Assembly: GCA_951406725.2 (NCBI GenBank)
Contig: OX597820.1
Coordinates: 91,202,001 to 91,266,000, forward strand
Origin: Octopus vulgaris
Lineage: Eukaryota
DNA length: 64,000 bases
Reading direction: 5' to 3'
Position numbers and translations under genes: made by a program. How positions within the stretch are numbered: position 1 is the stretch's first letter; every line of letters starts with the position of its first letter. Under the pieces are notes generated by a model that was given only the letters and a program-made list of their open reading frames with translations, did not search any database and was not told the DNA's origin. Below, piece by piece: positions 1 to 14,085 of this stretch.

Positions 1-31
1 AGGCATGTGTGTGTTTGTGTGAATACATAGA

Positions 32-88
<57 letters not shown>

Positions 89-99
89 GTATATGCATA

Positions 100-331
100 C
101 TTTATCTTTTAGTTGTTTCAGTCATTGGAGTCCAGCCGTGCCGGGTCACTACTGTAAAGGGTTTAGCTGAACAAATCAACTCCAGTATTTATCGCTTTTT
201 AAGCCTGGTACCTATTCTATCAGTCACTTTTTGTTGAACAGCTTAGTTACAAAGATATAAGAAAGCCACACCACTTGTCAAGCAGGGGTGGGGGGACCAA
301 ATACAAAGACACACACACACACACAGATACA

Positions 332-362
<31 letters not shown>

Positions 363-511
363 GATGGACTTCTTTCACTTTCTATCTACCAAATCCACAT
401 GCAAGGGTTTTGTTGGCCTGGAGTTATGTCGTAGAAAACACTTGCTGAAGGTGCCACTGAGTAGCACTGAAACTAGAGCCATGTTACTGGGAAGCAAACT
501 TCTTGCCACAC
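100..511 (-). mobile_element. SINE family 1 (tRNA-derived head, internal (TA)n/(TG)n), diverged copy
   Basis: Reverse-complement match to the intact copies at 20493-20880 and 31980-32381 (gaagcaaacttctt head end, ttgtttcagtcatt tail). Confidence 0.8.
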
Positions 512-707
512 GCACACATTTCGTTTTTAACTGTAGAACTTGAAGCAGATAATGTTATAAATAACAGCATATAAATTTGGTTTAAACACCAAATATTTAC
601 ATGTTATTATTTATAGCTTTATCTACTTCAGTCTTTCCAGTTAAAAACAAATTATTTCATGTTCTCTCAGAGCTTAGAAATTCTTGACATAAACACACAT
701 GCTCACA

Positions 708-870
708 CATCATTATCATTTTAATATCTATCATCATTTAGCAGTCATTTTCTATGTTGGTTGGACAGTTTGACAGGAACTGGCAAAGCAGAGGACTGCA
801 TCAGGCTTTACTGTCTGTTTTGGCATGGCTTTTATGGTTGGATGCCATTCCTAATGCCAATCACCTTATA
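708..870 (-). mobile_element. SINE family 3 (RTE-like (GAT)n tail), fragment
   Basis: catcatcattta...ggatgccattcctaatgccaa matches the copy at 9825-10205. Confidence 0.65.
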
Positions 871-1796
871 GAGTGGTACATATATCTATCTATCTGTCTG
901 TCTATATATATATATGCACACACACACACACACACATACACATATAGGTACTTATATATAGGTATTAGTATATCTATGGCCATGATTATACCTGTTGATA
1001 TTTGCATTCTATAAAAGTCTCTAGCTATGTATGGTGATCTTTTTACTTCTGTCAACAAATCATCAACAAGCTCATTTTGCACCTATTAAAGATGTGTGAG
1101 ATATGAGATCGATTACTTGAAAATAATTTCAAGGTTATTAGTGACAGGTAGAACACTTAACTGTTAAATATTGCTTGGGTAATATATTCATTAACTCACA
1201 CTTGCATGTAAAAATTGTTGTAAATGTCAACAAACAAATGAAATGAGCATACGTGTTCAAAATTTAAGAGACAAAAAAAATGTAGTTATAATATTCATCC
1301 TTTTAAGCATTAAGGCCTATTCTAATTAGATCTGAAATTAAACAATACATCTAATTTGTTGGGAAGTAACTGATGCTTCAGTTTCCTAGTAATAAAATGA
1401 TTTCCTATATAAAGCACGATGCCACAAAATTTTCGGAGAGGGTATAGTCTAATATATTGTATCTAGCACTTGGCTAATATTGTTTTTATGGACCCTTACT
1501 AGATGAATATAGCACAATGTTGGATTGGAAACTGTAAAGGGACATGATTCCATTCTGCAAGACATTTTGTTGATAATTCTTCAGATTTTGCCATCTACCT
1601 CTCAAGTGATTATAATAAGTGACTTGTCATAATGGTCACAAATTTCAAGAGAGAGAATAGTTGATAAATTAATCTTCAATACTTGACTGGTGTGAAGGTG
1701 TATGGCTTAGTGTTTAGGGTGTTGAGCCAAAACAGACATATTAGAAATTATTAATATAAATACAAATGACTTTTTTCTGATGCTCAAGCAATTTTA

Positions 1797-2030
1797 TTAT
1801 GATAACACTATGTAATACGTTTTTGGATTTGGTTTGCAAGATTCTTTATATGAATTCGTGTTTTGAAGCTTATTCTGTTGTGTCTGGGGAGAGTAAATTT
1901 CTTTTTGCGCCTTATAAAGTAACACACTCACTGGTAAAATTTCCACTTATTTCTTATTTTTATTTTCCTAAAATTTTTTCGTTGCATCTTGCAGACTATT
2001 GAAAAGGTTGCAAGACACAACGAAAATTTT
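1797..2030 (-). mobile_element. Probable Penelope-like retroelement fragment ending in a short inverted repeat
   Basis: Imperfect inverted repeat 1970-1993 / 2009-2030. The minus strand reads SPQTQQNKLQNTNSYKESCKPNPKTYYIVL. The family assignment is an inference. Confidence 0.35.
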
Positions 2031-3823
2031 GTCTACGACAGAATATGTAACACGATTTTTGCCCTTGGGTTAGAAACTGTTATTTCCTATTTACTTATCC
2101 CTAGAATGTATGGAAAATGGCTAATATTTCCTTCAAAATTTGCTTTTATTATATTTATTCAAACCCAAAGAATCCCATGCAACACTTGGCTATGATGCTC
2201 CCCTGCATCTCTTGCTTATGATCAGAGATGCATATATATTGTCAGCCACTAAGGGACATGATCAAGTGGTTAACATCAAGTGATTGAGAAGCAAATCTGT
2301 GGTATTGAGCAGAACATTTGCTATAACAATATTACCCCTTCAGCTACTCAATACTGAATCTGTCTGAAATGCAATGGAAAATATGTCAGTTTCAAAACAT
2401 TGATGCCCAGGCAAAGTTTGAAGGGAATAGTAGTCATTTCCTTTGCTTTCTAGATAGAAGCAAATAAGAAATAACACTTACTAACCAAAGACAAAATAAA
2501 GGTTTTGTTACACTGCATAATAATAGATTTTCAACAGCGTAAGTGGCTGTGTCTTATGGCCTTCAAAAATTTTTGGGCACTGTAGTGCCGAAACATTTTT
2601 ATGGGGTTACATTCAAATTATACTTCCTATAGGATGGTACCTCATGATAAAGTTAAGTATCTGGTAAGGGCGTGACACATTCAAGCAGGAAATGGAGCTA
2701 AGTTGTGTATCAAGTTAATTTGATAGTGGTGATGCATCTAGTGGAAACAGACAAAAAGAGGCCTCTTTGTTAGTGGATTAGAAAGAATATAAAGCCATAA
2801 CTCAAAACTGAAGGGCTATCTTTGATAGCAATGTAGTTGAAGAATATATTTTGCAAAAGAATTATCTCACAGTTTTGCTTGAAGATTATCGTGAAAAGTG
2901 CAGCTAAAGGTTTTATTTATGTAGTGAATAGGTGGATCACGGGTTTCCCATTTTCAAATGAATGCTGTTATCTTAGTACTTATTGTTGTCAGAAACAACC
3001 ACTTGTTATCATGAGTTTTAGCCCTTTTGTAAAGAATTTCGTTTCTATATGTATACACATAAGGATTTGTGAGTGTTTAAAACAAGGAGCAGCTATTTAA
3101 TACAAACCCAATATTAGTTATTGCAATTAAGGAGGCAAACTAATATAAGAGTTATCTCTAAATGTAATTGCTATTTGTCAAAACTTTTAGTGATATATTC
3201 ATTCACCCTTGTTAGGTATACCATTTTCTAAATTTCTATATATATATGTTTTATAAAGTATTATATATTTAACTTCATAACAGCTAATATTATTGAGTGG
3301 TTTTGTACAAAAAATCCTCCCTACAATGAAAGAATTATTAAACACTCATCAGACATGGTTGATGCAAAATGTAAAGGATTCGCTATTTTGTACTGGAGGT
3401 TTGAAAAGACACCATTCAGTCAATGAGTCACAGAATTGCAGGAAAAAAAAAACAGGAAAATATAAAATTAAAATTACACAGGCGAATGCAAGCCTTTGTG
3501 TTGTGTGCTCCACTATTTTTGCAACAACTCTGCAAATTGTTGATCGTATCTGTTCTTTTCAAACCTCAAATACAAAAGAGCCCAAGTTATACACTTCCAC
3601 TCAGCCATGTCTGAAAAGTACCTAATTATTCTGCCATTGTAGAGAGGATTATTTTGTATGAAACCATTCAATAGCCTGTTATGGGTCTAAAGTTATAATA
3701 CTCTATAACTAATATACCTACTCTATTATCTAATATGCAAGTGTGCTCTTTTCTTCTGGTTTACAAAAAACTCCTCTTCTACAGTATATAATACACACAT
3801 TCACAAATACATATATATACATA

Positions 3824-3916
<93 letters not shown>

Positions 3917-3917
3917 G
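3824..3917. repeat. (TATC)n microsatellite
   Basis: Pure tetranucleotide run flanked by (TA)n. Confidence 0.95.
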
Positions 3918-3922
3918 TATAC

Positions 3923-3960
<38 letters not shown>

Positions 3961-5051
3961 ATATAAGATGGATTTTATAAAATATCTATATAGCCGGTGC
4001 TGAAATACTTGTAAAGGCATCATTTACCACTAATATCATGAATGTATGAGTTTCACATGTTCTTCAATAATGGTGCTCACGGAATGTAACTCATTTCAAT
4101 GAAAGACTAACAGAGATTCTGTGCTTTTTATTGAATGTTGTTTACTTTTACTGTTTTAGCATTTTTCTATCTAACGTAGTTTGCAGTCATAAAAAGCATA
4201 TTTCAATAAAATTAGCTTTCTTTGAGAGTTGTCAGATTTCATCTTACAATAGATGCATCTTCATCTGTAAAGTGATGGAGATTTATGCATAGTGTATCTT
4301 ACAACATATGCATATACGTAGTCATTCAGTTCTATTCACTTATACTAACATATAGATAAGATAAATGAATAAATATAAAGCAAAAATATGTGTTGTTATA
4401 CGAAAAAAAAAATTGTAAGTACATGCATAAAAAAAGATATTGTTATAGGAAAATATTCTTGTGTGAAGATCTTTAAAATTGCTTTATATATGCTTTATCA
4501 GTAGAAAATATCCAAGAACATTTCCTCTTCCTGTGATATGATCAGAAAGTGTGTGTCACTGACTGGTTTAAAAAAAACAAAAAAAAAACCGGAAGGGGAA
4601 ACTGTTATATGCATTTGGAAAACAAAACAAATATCACACAACATAAGATGAATTTTACAGTACATATTCAGCATTCATTTTCATTTATGAATTGACCTAA
4701 ATGTGCATCTTACCTCATTTATTTGCTCAAAATTTAATCTGACCTAGCTTGTGGTACGGACATGTGTTTTGAATTTAAAGTATGGCTGCGTGGTAAGTGC
4801 ACAGGCATGGTTGGATGGAAGGGAATATCCATGGCTTTGTGATTAAATTTGTATCATGTTTCAGGCACTTTAGGTGATTTTAACATCTTGAGATTTTCCT
4901 TCTCTGCGTATGTCTAATATCTCTTATGATTCCTCCTGGTGTAATGAAGCATTTGCAAGTTCTCTGTTATTACTGAAAACATTATTCAACATGGCAGTGT
5001 CATAATTGACGTCATTGCTATAAAGTTCTTACAATAATCTGACCATCATGT

Positions 5052-5379
5052 GGTGCAGGAGTGGCTAGCACCTTGGGCAAGTGTCTTCTACTATAGCCCC
5101 AGGCCGACCAAAGCCTTGTGAGGGGACTTGGTAGACAGAAACTGAAGGAAGCCCATTGTATATATATGTGTGTGTTTGTGTGTGTGTCTATGTTTGTACC
5201 CCCACACAAGCGATGGTGTGTTTACGTCCCCATAACTTAGCGGTTCGGCCAAAGAGACCGATAGAACAAGTACTAGGCTTACAAAGAATAAATCCTGGGG
5301 TCGATTTGCTCAACTAAAGGCGGTGCTCCAGCATGGCCGCAGTCAAATGACTGAAACAAAGTTAAAGAGTAAAAGAGTA
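5052..5379 (+). mobile_element. SINE family 1 with internal deletion in the head
   Basis: ggtgcaggagtggct joined directly to gcaccttgggcaagtgtcttctac; tail aaatgactgaaacaa...gtaaaagag. Confidence 0.9.
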
Positions 5380-5399
5380 TCATCTTATACCAACAGTCT

Positions 5400-6850
5400 C
5401 ATCAGTGAGAAGAGACCTTGTTTTGTCTTCAACAGGTTTCAAAAGCAAACTTATAATCCTTTATCACAGATTTCATCTTACTACATTGGTCTGCCTTCTG
5501 CTGCTCCTTATTTTCCTTCATTTTCTCTCTGATCCTATTTCCAATGCTCTATTCTTGATTTACTTCAGGATCTCTTCAAGTTTCATTTTGTGTTGCATTA
5601 GTTCAGGATGTCATTAGCAATCCGTGCTTTTCTTTTTCTTTTTTTTCTTCCTACCACATCTAAAGCTGTTTCACAAGGTGCTTGCTGTTGGTCAGTCAGA
5701 GTTAATATCTTCTTGTAAGTGGAGGGTAGCAAACCTGCCACCAATATTGATCTCAGATATTACTGGAATCTCTGAATTATTTACTTTGTCTACATCTTAC
5801 TTTATACATAGAATTCTTTGCTTATAAATAATTCTTAACCAGAATTTGAGTATCATTGGTATCATGCCATAGTCTCTCTGTCTTATACTGGACTTAATCT
5901 TGTCATATTTAATGATGAAATCAATCTTGATATTAATCTTGCTGTTAAGAGCATGCTATGCCATTCTTTGTTATGTCTTGAGATCAATGAATTGTCTCAT
6001 GTTGCCTTGGAAAAGCTTGTGTCTGCTTAAAAGTCACAGTCCACCATCACTTGTTTCTCTAATAGTAAATGCTCCACTCTCTCTCTTTCACTTGTTTCAG
6101 TCATTTGACTGTGGCCATGCTGGAGCACCGCCTTTAGGCGACCAAATCGACTCCAGGACTTATTCTTTGTAAGCCTAGTACTTATTCTATCGGTCTCTTA
6201 TGCCAAACCACTAAGTTACGGGGAAGTAAACACACCAGCATCAGTTGTCAAGCGATGCTGGGGGTACAAACACGGACACATAAACATACACACACGTACA
6301 TACATACACATATATATATACATGTATACGACAAGCTTTTTTCAGTTTCCGTCTACCAAATCCACTCACAAGTCTTTGGTCCGCCTAAGGCTGTAGCAGA
6401 AGGCACTTGCCCAAGGTGCCACGCAGTGGGAATGAACCCAGAACCATGTGGTTCATAAGCAAGCTACTTACCACAGAGCCACTCCTATGCCCATTTCAAA
6501 TAATGCTGATATCTTTCTTTGGAACTGTTGTGATGGTTTTTCAGAAGGTCATCTTGAAATTCTATCTACATTATCATATTTGAATAACGGAGAATAAACT
6601 TGTATAATGGCAATATACTGCAGTTATGCAACACTATGAAATGCAACAGGACTGCTGCATACTGACATTCAGCAAGTAGCTGAGTTTTCTCTGTTCTTGT
6701 TGGTGATGAATCCCATTCCATTTTAGCATTTGGCACTATCTCTACTGTACCATAATTTGTTGTTTTCATCTGTAGTTGTTTCTTCTAATCTAATCCAGTT
6801 GACTTCAAGATGTGTGAACCTTTGTATATCTGGTAAACTCATGAACATAA
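5400..6850 (-). mobile_element. Decayed RTE-type LINE endonuclease region, interrupted by the SINE at 6081-6491
   Basis: Minus-strand peptides NGMGFITNK, IAIIQVYSP...FQDDLLKTI..VPKKD and IDFII resemble APE-endonuclease motifs (GVGF, IIQVYAPT, QIDYI) of RTE elements. Many stops and frameshifts. Confidence 0.55.
6081..6491 (-). mobile_element. SINE family 1, full length
   Basis: Full reverse-complement match to the family 1 copies. Confidence 0.92.
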
Positions 6851-6904
6851 TATTTTACCATTCCACGCATATAGGAGGCATTGTCATTCCATATCTATGA
6901 GATA

Positions 6905-7196
6905 GCATGATCATTACCAGTATCGCCTTACTGGCACCTGTGCCGGTGGCATGTGTAAAAGATTCAAGCGAGTTCATTGCCAGTACCACCTGGCTAGCCC
7001 CATGCCGGTGGCATGTAAAAGCACCCACTACACTCTCAAAGTGGTTGGCATTAGGAAGTGCATCCAGCTGTAGAAACTCTGCCAGATCAAGATTGAAGCC
7101 TGGTGCAGCCAACTGGTTCGCCAGCCCTCAGTCAAATCGTCCAACCCATGCTAGCATGGAAAGTAGACGTTAAACGATGATGATGATGATGATGAT
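6905..7196 (+). mobile_element. SINE family 3 with (GAT)n tail
   Basis: gtggttggcattaggaagtgcatccagctgtagaaac...acccatgctagcatggaaag...cgttaaacgatgatgat; internal gtgccggtggca repeats. Confidence 0.88.
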
Positions 7197-7949
7197 CTCC
7201 CAAATGTTGGATATCGATGTCAGTGTCTTTGTCATAGATTCCTTTTGTAGCTCATTTGTTGCATCCACCCTGGGGACTAGGCTAAGGAGAGTGTAGTCAT
7301 TAATTTTCTGGGCTTCAGGTGAGGTTTTAGATACACAAAATCATATTTACATTTGAACTATAATTAAATATATTTTTAGTTCATATATGTAACTTCTGTA
7401 ATACATGTTATAAAATTGGAAAGACACAGAAAAGATTAGCATGACAGTTACTCAATGGTGACATATAAATTTGTGAAGTGTCCCATATTTTTAATCAAAG
7501 CAGTGCCTCAATATGGCTGTAGTCCAATGATTGAAACCAGCAACTGAATAGAAGAATAACATCAATGTCAGATGATGTAGAATGATTCGATTCTGTAAAA
7601 TAAAATAGCATATTGGATGTGAAAATAATAGTTGTTATTACATTATATATTATGATATCTAGCAAATTATTTGGTGAACAACTGAACTAAGAGAGGAAGA
7701 AAAGAAAAACAACAGCATTAGCCATATAAGATTATTTACTCAAACAGAGGTTACATGAATTATATTCAACAAAAGTGAAGCATGCTTGTCATAGTCATTT
7801 CAATTTTAGCAGTCCAAATATGAAACCTGTACTATTGTTGTAACTTCATTCTTAAATAAATCATATACTATAACATATAGAAGCTGAATGGAAAGAAAAT
7901 GTTGAATTCAAACTGTCTCTGCAGATGTACTCAACTAATAAGGAATTCT

Positions 7950-8312
7950 AAGGAGTGGTTTTGTGGTAAGTATGTTGCTTACCAACCACATGGTTCCGGG
8001 TTCAGTCCCACTGTGTGGCACCTTGGGCAAGTGTCTTCTACTATGGTCTTGGGCTGACCAAGCCTTGTGAGTGGATTTGGTAAACGGAAGCATATGTATG
8101 TGTTTGTGTGTCTGTGTTTGTTCCCCCAACATCGCTTGACAACCGATGCTGGTGTGTTTATGTCCCCGTCACTTAGCGGTTCACTAAGAGAGACCAATAG
8201 AATAAGTACTAGGCTTACAAAGAATAAGTCCTAGGGTCAATTTGCTTGACTAAAGGCGGTGCTCCAGCATGGCCTCAGTCAAATGACTGAAACAAATAAA
8301 AGAATAAAAGAA
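7950..8312 (+). mobile_element. SINE family 1
   Basis: Head with B-box-like ggttcagtcc, body and aaataaaaga tail. Confidence 0.92.
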
Positions 8313-8711
8313 TATTTTTAAAATTTCAACTTTTGTCCACAAGACCTACTTTTGTTAAGATTCATGAAATTATACCCTATAGGCATACCAGTTCATTGTT
8401 TTTGCTCTGATGTTCATAGAAAGGAAAATGCACTAGAATGATGGTAGTAAGTGACAAGTTTTCCTCAAATATAACATTTTAGTGCAGTTCAGTATTACTA
8501 TGACTCAACTATTTTTTTCAATTTTCACTAAAATTCATTACACTGTACTTTAAACATAAGAACATTATCATAGCAATGCATCTAAAAAAAATCTTCTTAA
8601 AAACTAAACTTTTATAATATCAGCAGAATCCCATAGGAACATAACAAGTGAAATATAAATTGTCTACAGTCCTTTTATGCTAAGTATAATTATTGATTTT
8701 AAGCTTTTGAT

Positions 8712-8851
8712 TAATAATGTTGATGATGATGATAATGATGATGATAGTGGCGGTGGCGGTGGCGGTGGCAGAGGTGGTGATGATGATGATAATGGTGGTG
8801 GCGGTGGTGGCGGTGGCGGCGGCAGTGGTGTTGGTGATGATGATGATGATG
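8712..8851. repeat. Compound (GAT)n/(GGT)n/(GGC)n trinucleotide microsatellite
   Basis: Directly visible; abuts the 5'-truncated LINE at 8852. Confidence 0.9.
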
Positions 8852-9686
8852 AAACATTGGCAAGAAAAGCCCCTTCACAGCAAATATTGGGTTAAACTAA
8901 ATAGAAAAAAAAAAAAATAGACACAGCAAAATCCCAATGATAGCTGAGAAGCTCAGGGCAGAAAGCAGAGACTGAATGATTTTTAAATGTAGATTTCACA
9001 CCAGAAATCACCGAAAACATGTAATGAAAAGAAATACAACAAGTAACTGCAGAACATGTGGTGGAGAAGAAACAATAAATCATATTGTCTCTAGCTGCCC
9101 AGTCCTGCCTAAGAAGGGATATATCCACAGACACAACAGAGTTGGGACCCATAAACACTGGAAGCTATGCCAACACTATGGACGAGAAACAGAAAAAAGA
9201 TGGTATAGTCACATGCCAGAAAAGGTCAGAGAAAATGAGAAAGTAACCATACACTGGGATATACCAATACACACAGAGAAATTAAAGCCACTAGGCTGGA
9301 TGTAGTTGCCAGAGATCACCAAGAAGGAAACAAATACTTTCTAATTAATGTATCAATACCAACAGATGACAATGTTTCTCTAAAAGAAATGGAAAAATTT
9401 CAAAATACAATGATCTGGAAATAGAGGTAATTCAAATGTGGAACCTAAGAGCAGAAACATTAGGTATGATAAAAAAAACATTCTGACAAATATTTAACTA
9501 AAACACCAGGACTTACAATAAATAGCACTACTAGGCACCACACATATCCTATGTAAAACACTTTCAATACAGTAAAAATAAGAGCACCACAACAAACTGC
9601 AGCACATACCCAAGGCACCCAGAGCCACACTAAGTAGTAAAGTGAAAGCACATGATGAAAATACGACTACTGAATAATGATAATAA
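8852..9686 (+). mobile_element. 5'-truncated R4/Dong-clade non-LTR retrotransposon (RLE endonuclease), pseudogenised C-terminus
   Basis: WQEKPLHSKY; CCHC knuckle CRTCGGEETINHIVSSC; YIHRHNRV; WDIPIHT; LINVSIPTDDNVSLKEMEK; DLEIEVIQMW; degenerate (TAA)n tail. Frameshifts and stops present. Confidence 0.85.
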
Positions 9687-9824
9687 CTAGATTAACATAA
9701 AAGGATTTCTAAAGAAACATAATGATTTAGAAGATAGGTAATTGTGGGGTTTTAATTTATGAACTACAAAGAAATGTTATCCATCTAAAACAAGATTCAC
9801 CCAATCAATAATCTCAAATTTATA

Positions 9825-10205
9825 TCATCATCATCATCATTGTTTAACGTCCGCTTTCCATGCTAGCATGGGTTGGACGATTTTGACTGAGGGCTGGCGA
9901 ACCAGATGGCTGCACTAAGCTCCAATCTTGATCTGGCAGAATTTCTACAGCTGGATGCCCTTCCTAATGCCAACCACTCCGAGAGTGTAGTGGGTGCATT
10001 TTACATGCCACAGGCATTGGGGCCAGTCAGGCAGTACTGGCAATGATCCCGCGTGAATCTTTTTACACATGCCACCGGCACAGGTGCCAGTAAGGCGACG
10101 CTGGTAACGATCACGCTCGAATGGTGCCTTTTACGTGCCACCGGCACAAAAGCCAGTTAGCCGCTCTGGCAATGATCACACTTGGCACCCTACTAGCACG
10201 GGCAC
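9825..10205 (-). mobile_element. SINE family 3 with (CAT)n tail on plus strand
   Basis: catcatcat...tttaacgtccgctttccatgctagcatgggttggacg...ctggatgcccttcctaatgccaaccac; internal gtgccaccggcac repeats. Confidence 0.9.
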
Positions 10206-11926
10206 ATATAACAGTGTAAAAAATTCACCCCTCTCAGTTGTCAAAAAAGTAAAAATAGGTATAGTGATATTATATCTTTGTTTTGGTACTTTTTAAACGT
10301 CTAAAAGTTAGTAATGTATTGGACTATTTAAGTGATACTTACCTAAATAGATATTAATGATATGAACAACTATTAATTCAGTAAGCATTTTTAGTAATAT
10401 ACAAACAATTCAATTTATCTGATTCAAGACCTGGCATGTAAAATACGAAACGTAATCTAAATTTTTAAACATGACAGAGTATAGGAACAGCAGTGTTTGA
10501 TTAGAGAAAACTTTGGACAATATAATTAGATTAGATCTTAGGATGCTATACTTGATGAATGAGATAACACCGGATAAGGTTGAATGGATAAAGGCTATTT
10601 AAACCCTTCTCACACATGCTAGTATGAAAAAAAGAAAAGCAGATGCAGGGGGAAAAAAGGAAAATTTTTTTTATTAAGTTGATAGTAAGTCATGTTGTGT
10701 ATCAAGTCCAGCTGCAATCACTTGTTAATTGTGTTTTATTGTAGATATTTCAGTGATAAAGGTGAATAATTAATTCACTTCAATGTAAGTTATTTGGATC
10801 ACACATGGGTCTGTGCCTCTGTGTGTGTGTGTGCACACACATGTGTCTGTAGATATGCATGTGCATGTGTGTATATATATATATGTTTCTTTACTAGCCA
10901 CACAGACGGGACAAATTACGAGGTAGAGCTTTTCTTTTTGGGAAGAAAGAAAAAAAGGGGGAAAAATCGATCAATAGGGATCGTGTATCACATATATATA
11001 TATATATATGTATATATGTTGTGTGCATTAATGTTTGTTTTTATGTCTAATCATAAATAAAAATATTTTAACACTAAACTGAAATATGCTCCATACTTTC
11101 AGTAGGTTAAATAATCATTAACTTTTTTCAGGAAAAGGTTGACAATGCTTTCAGAGATTTACTTTGCTCACCTGCATGAGACTGTGATTTACTCTGGTGA
11201 TGTTTGGCTTTATACAGAAAAAGCAACAGGAGGATAATTAGGTATAGGTAAACAAGGGTAGTGATTGTGTAGGAAGAAACAATATTGGGGGATAGAAGGA
11301 ACATAAGAGTTTGAAGGGTGTGGATTGATAGAAAGGTATGGTGATGTAAATTATATCTGTTTGATGAATACAATGAGATCACTCATTCTTTGTATATAAG
11401 GTTCATTTTTTTGTGATATTTTAGGCTTCACAGAAGAATTTTTGTAGATAATGTGGTGAACTACACTACATAGTTAGACTGAGGTTCAATATGGTGTTTG
11501 TGCCATTAGCTTTCTATAAAAATCTTTTTAGTTACTTTGAGGTTTAGTTCGGAGAAATTATATTCCTAATATTCATCATGATTAATGAATTGAGCTGGCA
11601 GAATTGTTAGCTTACTTATTATTATTATTATAATTATTATTATTATTGTTATTATTATTATTATAGATCTGATGAATGACTATATTTTTAAATAGAATTA
11701 ATTTTAGATCGATTTAGTTTTAATCAAATTGATTTTATTATTATTATCTATTTGAAAATATAGCCATGAAATGTGCATAGTCTATTTACTATTTATCGTT
11801 TATGTACTCTATTGATTTTTAGAATAACGTTTCCTATAGTATATCTAACTTTTTCTTTATGGTGTGAATAATGTCTTGCACTATTGAATTGTTTATCATG
11901 AGGTTTTTCTCTAAATTTTATACATA

Positions 11927-11960
<34 letters not shown>

Positions 11961-11961
<1 letters not shown>

Positions 11962-12050
11962 TCTTGCCCAAGATGCCACACAGTGGGACTGAACCAGAAA
12001 TCATGTGGTTGGGAAGCAAGCTTCTTACCACAGGGCCACTCCTGCACCTA
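11961..12050 (-). mobile_element. SINE family 1 head fragment
   Basis: ttgcccaagatgccacacagtgggactgaacc...gccactcctgcaccta. Confidence 0.8.
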
Positions 12051-12239
12051 TGAATATATATATATATATATATATATGCTTACACATGCATATCTATATA
12101 TGTACATCTGTATATACATGTATAAACATATATGCACATGCAAAACCATGCTTATACACACACACATATATTATTCATATACATATACAGGCACATTCAC
12201 ACACTATTTCACTGTAATCCATCTTCCATGCTAAATACT

Positions 12240-12940
12240 GTCCTCTCCACCCACATTTTACATTTATCCCCTACTTTAGCCACCAAATTATATCTTGCTT
12301 CACCACTCCACCACCATTTGTCTGCCCTCCTCCATTCCCTATAGTTACCCTACACTTTCAAACAACCCAATTGTATGTCATCTGCCACTCTCTCTTTCAC
12401 TCTTCTCTTTCTTTCTTTCTTTCTCAAGACCTTTTCTGCACTAACAGAGCTTATCTAACCTCGACTCATATATCATTGATCATCCCTCAATCCTCCTCCA
12501 GCCCAGCCCAATTTCTACAGTTGTCACCTACTATTCTCTCTTTCCTAATAATACACTCAACATTTGTTTACAGTATTCACCTTCTGTCCTGTTCCATATT
12601 TTCAACCATCTTCCATAAGTTCATTCAACCTCTGCCATCTCACACTTCCTCTTCTACTCTCTCCATTCATTTCTACTCACTTTTCATCTTGTGGGTCTGT
12701 CTTGACAGCTCACCACAACTATTTTTATCTCCTTTAATTACTCCATCTAATTCTGTCCCCAATCACTCCCACCCTTTCTTCCATATTATGAATAGCTTTA
12801 TAGTTCCCCAACAGCAAGTGACTCCTTCCATTCTGATATATTTTCTCACATTTGAGACTCACCTCCTATAGCATAAAGCCACCTTCCTTTCCATTACAGC
12901 ATCATGCAGACAAAGAGGAACTCACCTAGTTCTCAGTCTG
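12240..12940 (+). mobile_element. Pyrimidine-rich decayed retroelement relic, possibly Penelope-like
   Basis: C/T-skewed non-tandem sequence similar in character to 45720-46240 (minus). Only weak motif resemblance. Confidence 0.3.
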
Positions 12941-12984
12941 TTTAACTGTCTTTCTGTCTGTCTTCCTGACTGTCTGTCCACCCA

Positions 12985-13065
12985 TCTATCTATCTATCTA
13001 ATCTATCTATCTATTCATCCATCTATCTGTCTATGTATCTATCAATCTATCTATCTATCTATCTG

Positions 13066-13123
<58 letters not shown>

Positions 13124-13160
13124 ATCTATCTATCTATTTAGCTATCTTTCTATCTATCTG
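12985..13160. repeat. (TCTA)n microsatellite
   Basis: Directly visible. Confidence 0.95.
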
Positions 13161-13571
13161 TCTGAGTTTGTGTGCATGTGTGTGTGTATGTATATTAGTA
13201 TGTAAATATACTGAGTAGTTAAGAAATTTGCAGTCCTCCTATGTAGATTTTGATTTCAGTCCCATTGCATGGCATCTTTAGGCAAGTACCATATTCCATG
13301 CCAGCTGAAATTTTGAAAGTGAATTTGGTAGATGGAAACTGAAAGGAAGGAGGTTCCAATCGGGGACTGAACCCAAAACTTTATAATTATGAAGCAAACT
13401 TCTTAATCTACCAGTTATGCCTTTGTCTAGTTTCACCTTCCTTGCAAACAGGTGAGATGTGACTATGGGAAGGGCATCTAGCCATAGAAAATCTATCTTC
13501 CTGAATTTTGTATATACAGGTGTACATATATAGGTATGCATGTGTAAGTATATAGATAAATAAATAAATAA

Positions 13572-13628
<57 letters not shown>

Positions 13629-14085
13629 TGCAGGAGTGGTTGTGTGACAAGCATAGAAAAGTGAATGTTAAAATGATGATGGTAATGGTGATGATATATG
13701 TTCACATTGAAACTACATGGTTTTGCATTCAGTCTCACTGCATAACACTTTGGGCAAGTGTTTATATATAAACATAATAAAAATATGGGGGTTCAGTTCG
13801 CAGGTGATCTGAATGAGTAGGTACACTAGGTAAGTGCTGTAACAGATTACTAGGGTTCCAAGGTTTTAGCTGAGATGGTTGTTATATAGCCATGGCAGAT
13901 TTCTGATATAATGGATATGTAATTGTTAAAGAGGACGACAAATGTTGAATCTTCTTTTTTCCAATAATGATAATGCATATGACTTGAGATGTTTGCCGTG
14001 CATTAACGTCTGTTGGCCTCTTTAACAATGATATATATATACATATATATGTGTGTGTGGGTGTATACATATACATATATATATA

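Noticed and set aside
3293-3625. 110-aa ORF with weak TTF-zinc-finger/hAT flavour
   Set aside because: Motif residues are incomplete and no family assignment can be supported.
8677-8920. Gly/Asp-rich or Met/Val-rich protein ORFs
   Set aside because: Translation of a compound trinucleotide microsatellite at a LINE insertion site.
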